Assembly (NCBI GenBank): GCA_046543005.1
Contig: JBKHAG010000003.1
Span: 1 to 53,963, forward strand
Length of the DNA: 53,963 bases
Direction of reading: 5' to 3'
Origin: Candidatus Woesearchaeota archaeon
Lineage (GTDB): Archaea > Nanobdellota > Nanobdellia > Woesearchaeales > SKGA01
The translations under genes and the position numbers were made by a program. This document shows positions 27,901-35,767 of the stretch, one piece after another (positions within the stretch are counted from its first letter, which is position 1; each line of letters begins with the position of its first letter). The notes beneath the pieces are model-generated. The model did not search any database and was not told where the DNA came from. It saw only the letters and a program-made list of their open reading frames with translations.

Positions 27901-28419
27901 TTCATAAATGTTAATTCCTGCGATTTCTTCTATAATTCCTCGACGTTTTTCAGGCGTCATTTCGATAAGTCTAACAATATCTCCTTGTAAAATAATATTA
28001 TAGCCATCAGGGTTAATGTTTGCTAATGAAAGTACGTCAAGAATTTGAGTTCGTGTAGACGTTACATCGTTTATTTTATAAACACCTTGACCGGTGTGTT
28101 TAATGATTCTTGTAATTTTTACAGTATCTGATTCTATAGAAGGGAATTCTTTTTCTCGATTATCAAACCAGATAGAAACTTCTCCTTCCTTAGAAGGTTT
28201 TTTAGATTTACCACCATTGTAGATAAGATTGGAGGATTTTTCTACTCGCAGACCTTTTGCGCCTGCTTTTCCTAGTACAAAACAAAGAGAATCAAGTACG
28301 TTTGATTTACCACTACCATTTGGACCTAAAATACAATTAAACCCGTCACCAAACACTACTTCTGTTTTGCTCGCGAAGGATTTAAAGCCTTTCATTTCCA
28401 TACGTAGAATTTTTGTCAC
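24925..28419 (-). CDS. smc: SMC chromosome segregation ATPase
   Basis: Walker A GPNGSGKSN, long coiled coils, a hinge, the signature LSGGEKT and Walker B FYVLDEVDAALD. 1164 aa. Confidence 0.95.
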   Translation of the reverse strand: MTKILRMEMKGFKSFASKTEVVFGDGFNCILGPNGSGKSNVLDSLCFVLGKAGAKGLRVEKSSNLIYNGGKSKKPSKEGEVSIWFDNREKEFPSIESDTVKITRIIKHTGQGVYKINDVTSTRTQILDVLSLANINPDGYNIILQGDIVRLIEMTPEKRRGIIEEIAGINIYEDKKQKAIRELNRVEEKLNEADIILSERETYLKELKKDRDKAQKYKDLEERRKRNKKTLLTLSMDKKRLLIDKSQKIMDANSEKLTSYEEKISKQQQLIKEKKEVIASINSEIETKGNKDQVQLNKSVENLKVSLALDKQRLETLETELQRVTARKKDLESDQVELVDKTNVLKKRLTEFDKQITQRKKEQSLIDDKISAFKKKHNLEQESSADNRVDEIDKEVESIQQEMNALREKQQNYLREKDKVELQLQSIDDKLEKIAAVATENKKELEQLKSQKQEFKKTSVQLSKALSQSSEQSSQLATARSKTISKQEELAKLQARRSAFLEQVAGGNAIKAIIEKKQSIPGIKGTVAELARVDKKYSQALEIAAGAKIKSIIVDTDTTAAKCISHLKQNRLGVASFLPLNKIRQHTLSSDLKNISGAGIHGFAIDLVDYAKELEPAFKHIFASTLVVDDIQTARHVGVGKVRMVTLTGDIVETSGAMQGGFRQKKVAGAFSQDDVSKKIQALESELSDTQAVISNLELKYDDTVGLIGRLRALKAELEGEIIKKEKSLHMDGDDALLDENKKKELKEKNLELDDQIDDIQELISQKNRTLAQMKGERQQLRDKISDLRNPTKLAELQSYQDKKAALLKEIIELSAERKHVSSELVTVIGPEGKKMLDIIRQHDKEIKNFSEEKNSLEKTIGEKEKTLKESLTKQEKFMAQFKDLFAKKSKLEKEIAVAEGTIASTQSSQRTIELKNNAVHLELARLKAEFSGLEEEAKEFLDVQPYENKSLDVIKRELSQFETMAANLGAVNMRALEIYDSVEKEYASLLEKKDVLRNEREDVLVLMNEIDSKKKELFMKTFEALQANFKRIFSTLLMKGQASIKLEDENDPFNGGVEIKVRLSGKRFLDIRSLSGGEKTMTALAFLFAVQEYEPASFYVLDEVDAALDKKNSKKLAELVRGYCNKAQYVIISHNDAVISEADALYGVSMNEHGASKVTTLKI

Positions 28420-28586
28420 TATGTTGCACCCTTTATATACACCTTGATTTTAGGTTCTACAGTCACTAAAGAGAGTTGTTTTATAAAGATTATTATTCTA
28501 TTGGGGTCTGTCTTAAGTCTTTGAGTTAGTTAATACCATCTACGCCAATAGTACTTAAAATACAAGAAATTTTGAAAAAAACACAG

Positions 28587-28620
28587 GGTATGAAACAATA
28601 TTTGGTATGAAACAATATTT
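28587..28620. repeat. Perfect 17-bp tandem duplication GGTATGAAACAATATTT x2
   Basis: Read directly from the sequence. It lies in the 264-bp spacer between the rnhC stop and the smc start. Confidence 0.9.
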
Positions 28621-28683
28621 TTTCTGCAATGATGATGGCAAGGTAGAAGTGTTACTCAGGAAACTCTTGGGACAAACCCTATT

Positions 28684-29547
28684 TTATTTAACGTTTTTAA
28701 AATGAAGCTTTACGAATTCATCTTTTTTTAAACCTTTTAGAACTATTTTTTTAAGAGCTTGAGCGACATGAGTTGAGCCTTTTGGTAAGATAAAACCTGC
28801 TCGAGAAGAAAGTTCTTCAAATTGTTCAATAGCTATTGCTCGAGCAACAATACTTGCTGCGGCAACTTGTAAGTATGCAGATTCTGCTTTTGTAACCGCT
28901 ACGTCACCGGCAGTGCAACCAGGGAATTTATCCACCACGTGAGATGCTTGAGGAGCTATTTTTTTAAGATTTTCACCTACTTGAGCGTGTAAAGTATTAA
29001 GAAGCTGAGTTGAAGAATATGTTGATTGTTTGTTATTATATTCTTTAGGAAATAGATTTTTAACAACAAAGTTATGCGGAAATTCTTTTCGAAGTCGCGT
29101 AGCAATTGTTTGACAATCTCTGTCACTTAGTAGTTTAGAGTCTTTTACGCCATAAGAAAGTAATTGTGGTAATTGTTTTTTACAAAAAAGAGCGCCTACA
29201 ACGACAAGGCCGCCAAAAGTATCACCTTTAAGTGTTTCATCACTACCTATAATACAGTCTGCAAAAACTGCTTTGCAAGATTGTTTTTGTAAGGAAGGTT
29301 TCATATTTTTATGTTGAATAAGAAGGTTATGTTTTGCACATAAGCGTTTTAATTCTTCTTCAAGAGGTTGTTTTGCTTGGATAACGAGTTTTCCGCTTTT
29401 ATATAAAATAAAAACTGCGTCTTTGTAAGTATAACGAATGAGTTCATAAGGAGAACTTACTTTTTGAAGTGACGCTCCTAAATTGTTAAGAAAAGATATA
29501 TCTTGAGGAGCTACTTTTGTACATACAATCACCATTTTATCACACAT
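28684..29547 (-). CDS. rnhC: Ribonuclease HIII-like
   Basis: The catalytic block IGSDETLKGDTFGGLVVVG resembles RNase HIII (DE.GKGD.FGP). The N-terminal domain with ILYKSGKLVIQ resembles the RNase HIII N-domain. The track start at 29574 is TTG and overlaps the upstream gene; ATG at 29547 or 29535 is more likely. Confidence 0.65.
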   Translation of the reverse strand: MCDKMVIVCTKVAPQDISFLNNLGASLQKVSSPYELIRYTYKDAVFILYKSGKLVIQAKQPLEEELKRLCAKHNLLIQHKNMKPSLQKQSCKAVFADCIIGSDETLKGDTFGGLVVVGALFCKKQLPQLLSYGVKDSKLLSDRDCQTIATRLRKEFPHNFVVKNLFPKEYNNKQSTYSSTQLLNTLHAQVGENLKKIAPQASHVVDKFPGCTAGDVAVTKAESAYLQVAAASIVARAIAIEQFEELSSRAGFILPKGSTHVAQALKKIVLKGLKKDEFVKLHFKNVK

Positions 29548-29560
29548 GCTCAATACTACA

Positions 29561-30253
29561 TTATGAGGATTCAATTACTGAAGCCACTGAAGAAATTCCT
29601 TGAGACGCCCATATTTTAAGCCAACCAAACCAAGGAACTCGAGCGTAAGCAACTCCTAAAATTTGCGAAGAATTAATTGTTGTTTCATCGACATAGTCGT
29701 GTTGTATTTGATACCAATTATGATCTCCTTTTGTTTGAAACAAGTATGTTGTTTGATTGGTTTGTTCGTGCGTAATTGGTTTTTTTTGCACTACGCGATG
29801 AATTACAGGATAGGGAGTTTTTGCATTAAAAACTAAAACATCTCCTACGCTTATACGTTCAGGTTTTTTTCCATGTAACAAAATCAAATCCCCTTTATTA
29901 AAACCATTAGGTAGAGTAAATGAAGAAAAGTTTTTTTGAGAGATGTTTTTTTTAGCATACCATTCCTCTTGTGAACAAGTCGTTATATTATTGCATACTG
30001 CAGGTGAATTCCACCATTCATCAAAAGTTCCTTCGTGCTCCATACTTCCTGAAATAACCGCCACCAAAGGTAAATTTGTCCCCGCTATCAAACCAACAAG
30101 AGGATATATAATAAAACGCACTAAAATAAATGCCAAAAGAATTGCTAGAATCCAACTTGTTGATGAGGTACCATTCCAGACATAATTCCAAAATTGTTTG
30201 CCTTTTTTTAGCAGAGTAAAAAACCAGCCAGAAGATTTATCTGAGGAAGTCAT
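29561..30253 (-). CDS. Signal peptidase I, archaeal/eukaryal S26B type
   Basis: N-terminal TM, catalytic SGSMEH, GDLILL, VIHRV and TKGDHN boxes. Confidence 0.85.
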   Translation of the reverse strand: MTSSDKSSGWFFTLLKKGKQFWNYVWNGTSSTSWILAILLAFILVRFIIYPLVGLIAGTNLPLVAVISGSMEHEGTFDEWWNSPAVCNNITTCSQEEWYAKKNISQKNFSSFTLPNGFNKGDLILLHGKKPERISVGDVLVFNAKTPYPVIHRVVQKKPITHEQTNQTTYLFQTKGDHNWYQIQHDYVDETTINSSQILGVAYARVPWFGWLKIWASQGISSVASVIESS

Positions 30254-30297
30254 GTTTTATTATGAAGTAAGATTGTTTAAAAAGATTTGCATCAAAA

Positions 30298-30453
30298 GGC
30301 CTTATTCAAAAAGGAGTCTTTATGTGTACTGCCAATTACAACAAAAACAGTAATCTGGCTATTTACTTACCTGTTTACCGCCCGCGCGTTATTTGTCCAA
30401 AGGCGATAAGAATAACGCGCAGTATACGAATTCACAGTATTTTGAACAAGGCC
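30298..30453 (-). mobile_element. MITE family A, copy 5 (shortest)
   Basis: GGCCTTATTCAAAA...TTTTGAACAAGGCC. The hairpin loop is reduced to 12 nt. Perfect 8-bp direct repeat CATCAAAA at 30290-30297 and 30454-30461. Confidence 0.9.
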
Positions 30454-30605
30454 CATCAAAAGTAAATAAATAGGCTACAAGTAATATAATATAATATAAA
30501 TGCTCTTTTAGAACAATACTTGAGTAACGATAGATTTAAAAAAGTCAATTGTTTGCATAAGAGAATATGAAAAGAAGTAGTTCTTTTCAAAATAGGTGAT
30601 ATTTT

Positions 30606-31718
30606 ATGGTAACAAAAGCAAAGATTATTCAATCATCTGATGCTAAAAAAAAGAAACAACAAAAAGTAAAAAAATTCAATAAATCAAATAAGTCAACAGT
30701 AAAAAAATGTAAGACATCGTGTTGTCTACAGCCGTTTATGAAACGAAACGTACTTATTTTAACAACATTACTCGTAGTAGTAGCACTCTTATTTATATTC
30801 ACACATACTCCTGCAAGTGAAAACAATCAAGAAAATATGAGTGTTGTTGCAACTATTAATGGCGAACCTCTTTACCAATATGAAATTGATAATTATTGGA
30901 ATTTACTTTCAGCAGAACAAAAAACGCAAGTTGAAAAAGACGATTTAATTCAAGAGCTTATTTCTCAAAAACTTTTGTTACAACGAGCAGCAGAGCGCGG
31001 TTTTAGTACGACACGTGAGCAAGCTCAAACAATTTTAGAAAACCAAATTGCTCAACAAGGAGCAAATTTTAGTGAATATGTTGAGTGGTTAGAATCACAA
31101 GATATGAATCTAGAAGACGTTTTACAAACAATAGCTCAACAAACAACACTTTCTAAATTACTAGAAGAAGAGACAAATAGTTCTGCAGTTAATGTGAGTC
31201 AAGAAGAGATTAATACATACTATGAAGAAAACAAAGAACAATTTATGCGACCAGAACAAATGACTGTTCGACATATTTTGATAATGAATTCAGAAGATAG
31301 TAATGAAAGCGAAGTTGTTGAATTAGTCCAGCATATCGAATCAGAATTAGATGCTCAAAATAACGAAAATTTTTGTGAACTCGTTAACGAATACTCAGCA
31401 GATACTGCAAGCAAAGAAAATTGTGGAGAATATACTTTCAAAAAAGATGAAATGGTTCCTGAATTTGAAAATGCTGCTTGGGATATGGCAATTGGTGAAC
31501 GAAGAACTGTTCAAAGTAACTATGGATATCATATCATGCTTAAGATGGACAAAGTAAGCAAAGGGCGTTATACACTTTCTGATTTTGTACCAGGTACAGA
31601 AGAAATAACCTTTGAAAAAGCAATTGGAAATATGGTTTTAGAAGAAAAAGCAAAAGCTATTTTTGACGAATACGTCCAAGAACTTAAAAAAGGAGCGAAA
31701 ATAGTTTTTAAAGACTAA
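30606..31718 (+). CDS. Membrane-anchored parvulin-type peptidyl-prolyl isomerase (PrsA/SurA-like)
   Basis: Lys-rich N-terminus, a TM helix, a SurA-like chaperone region, and a PpiC domain (VRHILI..GYHIMLK). SD AGGTGA lies upstream. Confidence 0.8.
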   Translation: MVTKAKIIQSSDAKKKKQQKVKKFNKSNKSTVKKCKTSCCLQPFMKRNVLILTTLLVVVALLFIFTHTPASENNQENMSVVATINGEPLYQYEIDNYWNLLSAEQKTQVEKDDLIQELISQKLLLQRAAERGFSTTREQAQTILENQIAQQGANFSEYVEWLESQDMNLEDVLQTIAQQTTLSKLLEEETNSSAVNVSQEEINTYYEENKEQFMRPEQMTVRHILIMNSEDSNESEVVELVQHIESELDAQNNENFCELVNEYSADTASKENCGEYTFKKDEMVPEFENAAWDMAIGERRTVQSNYGYHIMLKMDKVSKGRYTLSDFVPGTEEITFEKAIGNMVLEEKAKAIFDEYVQELKKGAKIVFKD

Positions 31719-31950
31719 AAAGGCTTTCTTTTTGTAAAAAACGCTTTTTTCTTTTTTATTTTTCTTTTTTCTTCATATACTACAGCAAGAACCTATAACA
31801 ATAGTAATTTTATAGCACTGCGCCTGCATAATTGGCTTATGCTCAATACCGTGTCAAGGCCTTAGTATACTTTTTTATTCCTTTCTAGACAAAGCCTGTA
31901 AATGACAAGGTTTATAAAATCAAACCCACTTGATATTTTTATACATAAAT

Positions 31951-32117
31951 GGGTCCCACTCGAGTATTGAATGGAATTCAAAGCAATGAATTGTGGACAC
32001 TCTTATGTATACCAGCCCGACACGAGAGTACTTGTTGGAGCGACGACGAAATCAGCATCGTAAGATGTTGACTCCACTGGAGGTCAAGCTATGAATACAG
32101 GAGTTAGTGTCTCGGGC
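31951..32117. ncRNA. Candidate structured RNA (family and strand unknown)
   Basis: It lies inside a 615-bp ORF-free stretch (no ORF of 60 aa or more) that is GC-richer than neighbouring spacers. Hairpin GTCCCAC(31953)/GTGGAC(31993) encloses TTGAAT-GGA-ATTCAA. A long-range stem GCCCGACAC(32015)/GTGTCTCGGGC(32107) encloses nested stems. Confidence 0.3.
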
Positions 32118-32333
32118 AACAATCATTTACCTATACAAAAGCATAGCACGCCAGTAACGCGTATCACAATCATTTATTCACACTCACAAGCTCCAAGAAA
32201 CTAAAATAAAGCACTTTAAGAGCCTGTCTGTCAAGAAACATAGTCCCACATACAAGACTATTAGGTATACATTACGTAACGGCTAATTCTATGATCTTTT
32301 GTAATACTAAAAAACAAAGGAGGCGATGCTAAA

Positions 32334-33626
32334 ATGGCAAAAATCGCGCAAGTATCAGCAAAATATATTATTCATGCAACTATTAACATTGATGGAGTTG
32401 TAGATCGTCCTGATGTAATCGGAGCAATCTTTGGACAAACAGAAGGGCTTTTAGGAGAAGACTTAGAGCTTAGAGAATTACAAAAAAGTGGCCGAATTGG
32501 ACGAATTGAAGTAACTTCAGACAATAAAGGCGGAAAAACTAACGGAGAAATCATAATTCCTAGTTCACTTGACAAGGCAGAAACGGCAATTATAGCTGCA
32601 GCGCTTGAAGTTATTCAACGAATAGGACCTTGTAATGCAAAACTTGAAATCAAAAATATTGAAGATATTCGTGTTTCTAAACGAAAACAAGTTGTAGATA
32701 GAGCAAAAATTCTACTTAGAGATCTTATTGAAGGCGTTATGCCCGATTCTCAAGAAATAGCAGACGAAGTAGCATATTCGGTACGTGTTATGGAAATCCA
32801 AACATATGGGCGAGAACGACTATCAGCAGGACCTAATATTGACGAAAGCGATGAAGTAATTGTTGTTGAAGGTCGAGCAGATGTTCTTAATTTACTTAAA
32901 TATGGATTTAAAAATGCAATTGCTGTTGGAGGAACAGGTGTTCCAAAAACAATCGCAGAATTATGCAAAGAAAAAACAGTTACTGTTTTCGTAGATGGTG
33001 ATCGAGGTGGCGATTTAATTATTAAAGAATTGATGAGCCTTACAGAAATTGATTTTGCTTGTAAAGCACCAGACGGTAAAGAAGTTGAAGAACTTACTAA
33101 AAAAGAAATCCATAAAGCACTTCGTGGAAAAGTAACTGGTGAACAATTTGCTTTAGAACATGCAACTAATAAACCAGAGCACCATACTCGAAAAAGTAGC
33201 GACAACAAAAATTCACGAAACGACAAAACTACAAATCGAAAAAATACTGATCGAGATCGACGAGATCAATCAAACGAATATAAAAACTCGCGAAGCGACA
33301 AAACTACAAATCGAAAAAGTGTAGGTCCATCAGAGAACGAAAAAGAACAATTTAACAAAATGTTAGAAGATCTTATAGGAACACGAGGAGCATATATTCT
33401 AGATAAAAAACTAGAAATTCTTGGTAAAATACCTGTAAGTGAACTTGCAAATAGCATTAAAAGTTTACATAACGCAATCTATGCAGTAGTCTTTGATGGC
33501 TCTGTAGAACAAGAACTTTTAGATGTGAGTGAAAAAAGCAATGTTAAATTCTTAGTAGCTATGAGCAACACGCTTAAAGTAACAGGAAAAACAAAAATTC
33601 TCACACCAAACGAATTAAACGCGTAA
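32334..33626 (+). CDS. dnaG: Archaeal DnaG-type (Toprim) primase/exosome-associated protein
   Basis: The conserved archaeal DnaG N-terminus (AKYIIHATINIDGVVDRPDVIGAIFGQTEGLLG), Toprim (VIVVEGRADVLNL..FVDGDRGGD), and strong SD GGAGG. It contains a basic low-complexity insert. Confidence 0.9.
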   Translation: MAKIAQVSAKYIIHATINIDGVVDRPDVIGAIFGQTEGLLGEDLELRELQKSGRIGRIEVTSDNKGGKTNGEIIIPSSLDKAETAIIAAALEVIQRIGPCNAKLEIKNIEDIRVSKRKQVVDRAKILLRDLIEGVMPDSQEIADEVAYSVRVMEIQTYGRERLSAGPNIDESDEVIVVEGRADVLNLLKYGFKNAIAVGGTGVPKTIAELCKEKTVTVFVDGDRGGDLIIKELMSLTEIDFACKAPDGKEVEELTKKEIHKALRGKVTGEQFALEHATNKPEHHTRKSSDNKNSRNDKTTNRKNTDRDRRDQSNEYKNSRSDKTTNRKSVGPSENEKEQFNKMLEDLIGTRGAYILDKKLEILGKIPVSELANSIKSLHNAIYAVVFDGSVEQELLDVSEKSNVKFLVAMSNTLKVTGKTKILTPNELNA

Positions 33627-33645
33627 AGCGTTTTTTTTATTTTTC

Positions 33646-34476
33646 TTATTTTTTTGATTTCTTTATATGATTACGTTTATTTTTTGCTTTTTTGTGAGAC
33701 AAATATTTAGCTTCTTCATGAAGTTCTTTAGAATATACTCCTTCTCCTGAATCCGCGCTAAAACCTTTTACTAAGTAAAAAATTCCTGCACCAAAAGCCG
33801 CAACCGAAGCAAACAATAAAACAAATTTATCGCCTCTTTCTGCGGCTACTTGAGGTGTGGTTTCTAACATATATTTGAAAAATAAAGCAGAAGCACCAAA
33901 TGAACTTAAGCCAATTAATTTTGCAGTTCGAGCGAGTTTTATTTCTACTGAAGGCATAAATTTTTCTCTATGAAAAACATTTTTTAAGGCTTTAAGTTCT
34001 TTTTTCCAAGAACGTTTAAACGTTAAAAAATCTTTTTTTGAGCCAGTTTCTAAAAAAATAAGTTCGTTTTCTAAACGTGATTCAGAACGTTGAAAAAATG
34101 TCTCAATATCTTCAAAAAATTCTATTGTCTTATGACCTAAATCCACAAGTTCCTTAAGTTCTTTTTTTTTGTGGGAAGAATTTTTTTCATTTGAAAATTC
34201 TTTATCCAGTAGAGGCGAAACTTCTCCAAGAATTTCATGCAATCTATTTGCTGCATGCACTAATTGGCGTTTTGTAATCGCAAGTAAACGCTGCTCGTTA
34301 TGTGCGCAACGAGAAAGGGTTTTGTTAGCTTCTTCATGATATATATCTTTTTGAAGTAAAGGTATTGTTTTTGAGCGATCTTCATGGATTTTTACAAAAG
34401 AAGACGCAAAACGAGCAATATGTTTTGACATAGTAAGTATTTCAGCATAACGTGTTTGTAAAGAATGTAGTTGCAT
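33646..34476 (-). CDS. Hypothetical coiled-coil protein with C-terminal membrane segments
   Basis: An uninterrupted ORF with helical heptad-like regions, two hydrophobic segments (LIGLSSFGASALFF, FVLLFASVAAFGAGIFYLV) and a basic tail. The start is uncertain (34476 or 34509). Confidence 0.45.
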   Translation of the reverse strand: MQLHSLQTRYAEILTMSKHIARFASSFVKIHEDRSKTIPLLQKDIYHEEANKTLSRCAHNEQRLLAITKRQLVHAANRLHEILGEVSPLLDKEFSNEKNSSHKKKELKELVDLGHKTIEFFEDIETFFQRSESRLENELIFLETGSKKDFLTFKRSWKKELKALKNVFHREKFMPSVEIKLARTAKLIGLSSFGASALFFKYMLETTPQVAAERGDKFVLLFASVAAFGAGIFYLVKGFSADSGEGVYSKELHEEAKYLSHKKAKNKRNHIKKSKK

Positions 34477-34550
34477 AAGTGACACCTCAACAAAAAACAA
34501 GAAAGCCATATTTAAAAACCTTTTTATACTTGTCCAACTTTGTTGGCTTT

Positions 34551-35741
34551 ATGATTCCTTTCGCGTCCCAATTACCACAAAATCTAGATGATTTTATAGG
34601 TCAAGAAAAAAGTATTCAAGATATACGAAACTTTTTTGACAATTTTAGTAAAGGACAAGCTCTTCTTTTACACGGACCTACAGGCATAGGTAAAACAAGT
34701 TCAGTGCAAGTATTTGCAAAAGAAAAAAAGTATGATTTATTAGAACTTAATGCAAGCGATGCGCGTAATAAAAAAAATCTTGAAGAATTTTTGTCTAAAG
34801 CAACAGGACAAATGAGTCTTTTAGGAACTAAAAAAATAATTCTTATTGATGAAATTGATGGAATCTCAGGAACTAAAGATAGAGGAGCAATACCTACAAT
34901 AGTAAAAACGGTTAAAAAATCTCCTTTTCCAATAGTCATTACAGGAACAAATATTTTTGATAAAAAATTTTCTCCACTACGAAAAGTGTGCAAATTAGTC
35001 ACATTTAATACATTACAAAGTCAAGATATACAAAAAATATTAAACAAAAAATCTAAGGAATTACCAAAACAAATTGATGAAAGTATAATAAAAAAAATTT
35101 CTTATCGTTGTGGAGGAGACGCGCGAGGCGCGCTTACTGATTTATTTTGTACTGTGCTTACTCAAGAAACATCAACTGATTTTGATACTAGGCGTCAAAC
35201 TGTAGATATTGAGGATGCTTTACTTCGCGTTTTTAAAACTACACAAGCGAGTATGAGTTTAGGAGCTTTTGATCTTGTTGATGAAAATCTTGATAAAATT
35301 TTTTTATGGCTTGATGAAAACATTCCTCAAGAGTATAGTCGAGCAGAAGATATACATCAAGCGTTTGAAAAGCTTGCACTTGCAGATGTTTTCTTTGGAC
35401 GTATAAGACGTTGGCAATATTATCGATTTTATGCGTATTGTTATGTTCTTGTCACAGCAGGAATTTCTTTTGCTAAAAAAGAAAAATATTCTAAAATAAC
35501 AACGTTTAAACAACCAAGCCGATTGCTTAAGTATTGGCAAGCAAATATTACCTATGCGAAACGTAAAGCAATTGTTGAAAAAATAGCTCTTTTACAGCGT
35601 ATTTCAAAAAATACTGCTCTTCAAAGTTCTTTATATCAATTACTTCCAGCTCTTGCGTACGATAAGGGAGTTCAAGAAGAACTCGAACTCACAAGTGAAG
35701 AAATCGCGTGGTTACAAAAACAAACACCCACAACACCATAA
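34551..35741 (+). CDS. rfcL: Replication factor C large subunit
   Basis: AAA+ Walker A LLHGPTGIGKTS, NASDARN, Walker B ILIDEIDG, and sensor regions. Start set at ATG 34551 (MIPFASQ); the track extension overlaps the divergent gene. Confidence 0.85.
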   Translation: MIPFASQLPQNLDDFIGQEKSIQDIRNFFDNFSKGQALLLHGPTGIGKTSSVQVFAKEKKYDLLELNASDARNKKNLEEFLSKATGQMSLLGTKKIILIDEIDGISGTKDRGAIPTIVKTVKKSPFPIVITGTNIFDKKFSPLRKVCKLVTFNTLQSQDIQKILNKKSKELPKQIDESIIKKISYRCGGDARGALTDLFCTVLTQETSTDFDTRRQTVDIEDALLRVFKTTQASMSLGAFDLVDENLDKIFLWLDENIPQEYSRAEDIHQAFEKLALADVFFGRIRRWQYYRFYAYCYVLVTAGISFAKKEKYSKITTFKQPSRLLKYWQANITYAKRKAIVEKIALLQRISKNTALQSSLYQLLPALAYDKGVQEELELTSEEIAWLQKQTPTTP

Positions 35742-35767
35742 TAATACAAAAAAATAAGATTACAACA

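Noticed and set aside
28625-28680. ATGATGA (C-box-like) upstream of the rnhC stop, considered as a possible C/D sRNA.
   Set aside because: There is no CUGA D box, no terminal stem and no C'/D' elements within 50-70 nt.
31719-32333. RNase P RNA, C/D or H/ACA sRNA, or a tRNA in the long spacer.
   Set aside because: I found no GGAAAGUCC-type CR-I, no ACAGAA..GGCUUA pair in a compatible arrangement, no T-loop, and box spacing wrong for C/D or H/ACA. It is kept only as an unassigned structured-RNA candidate.
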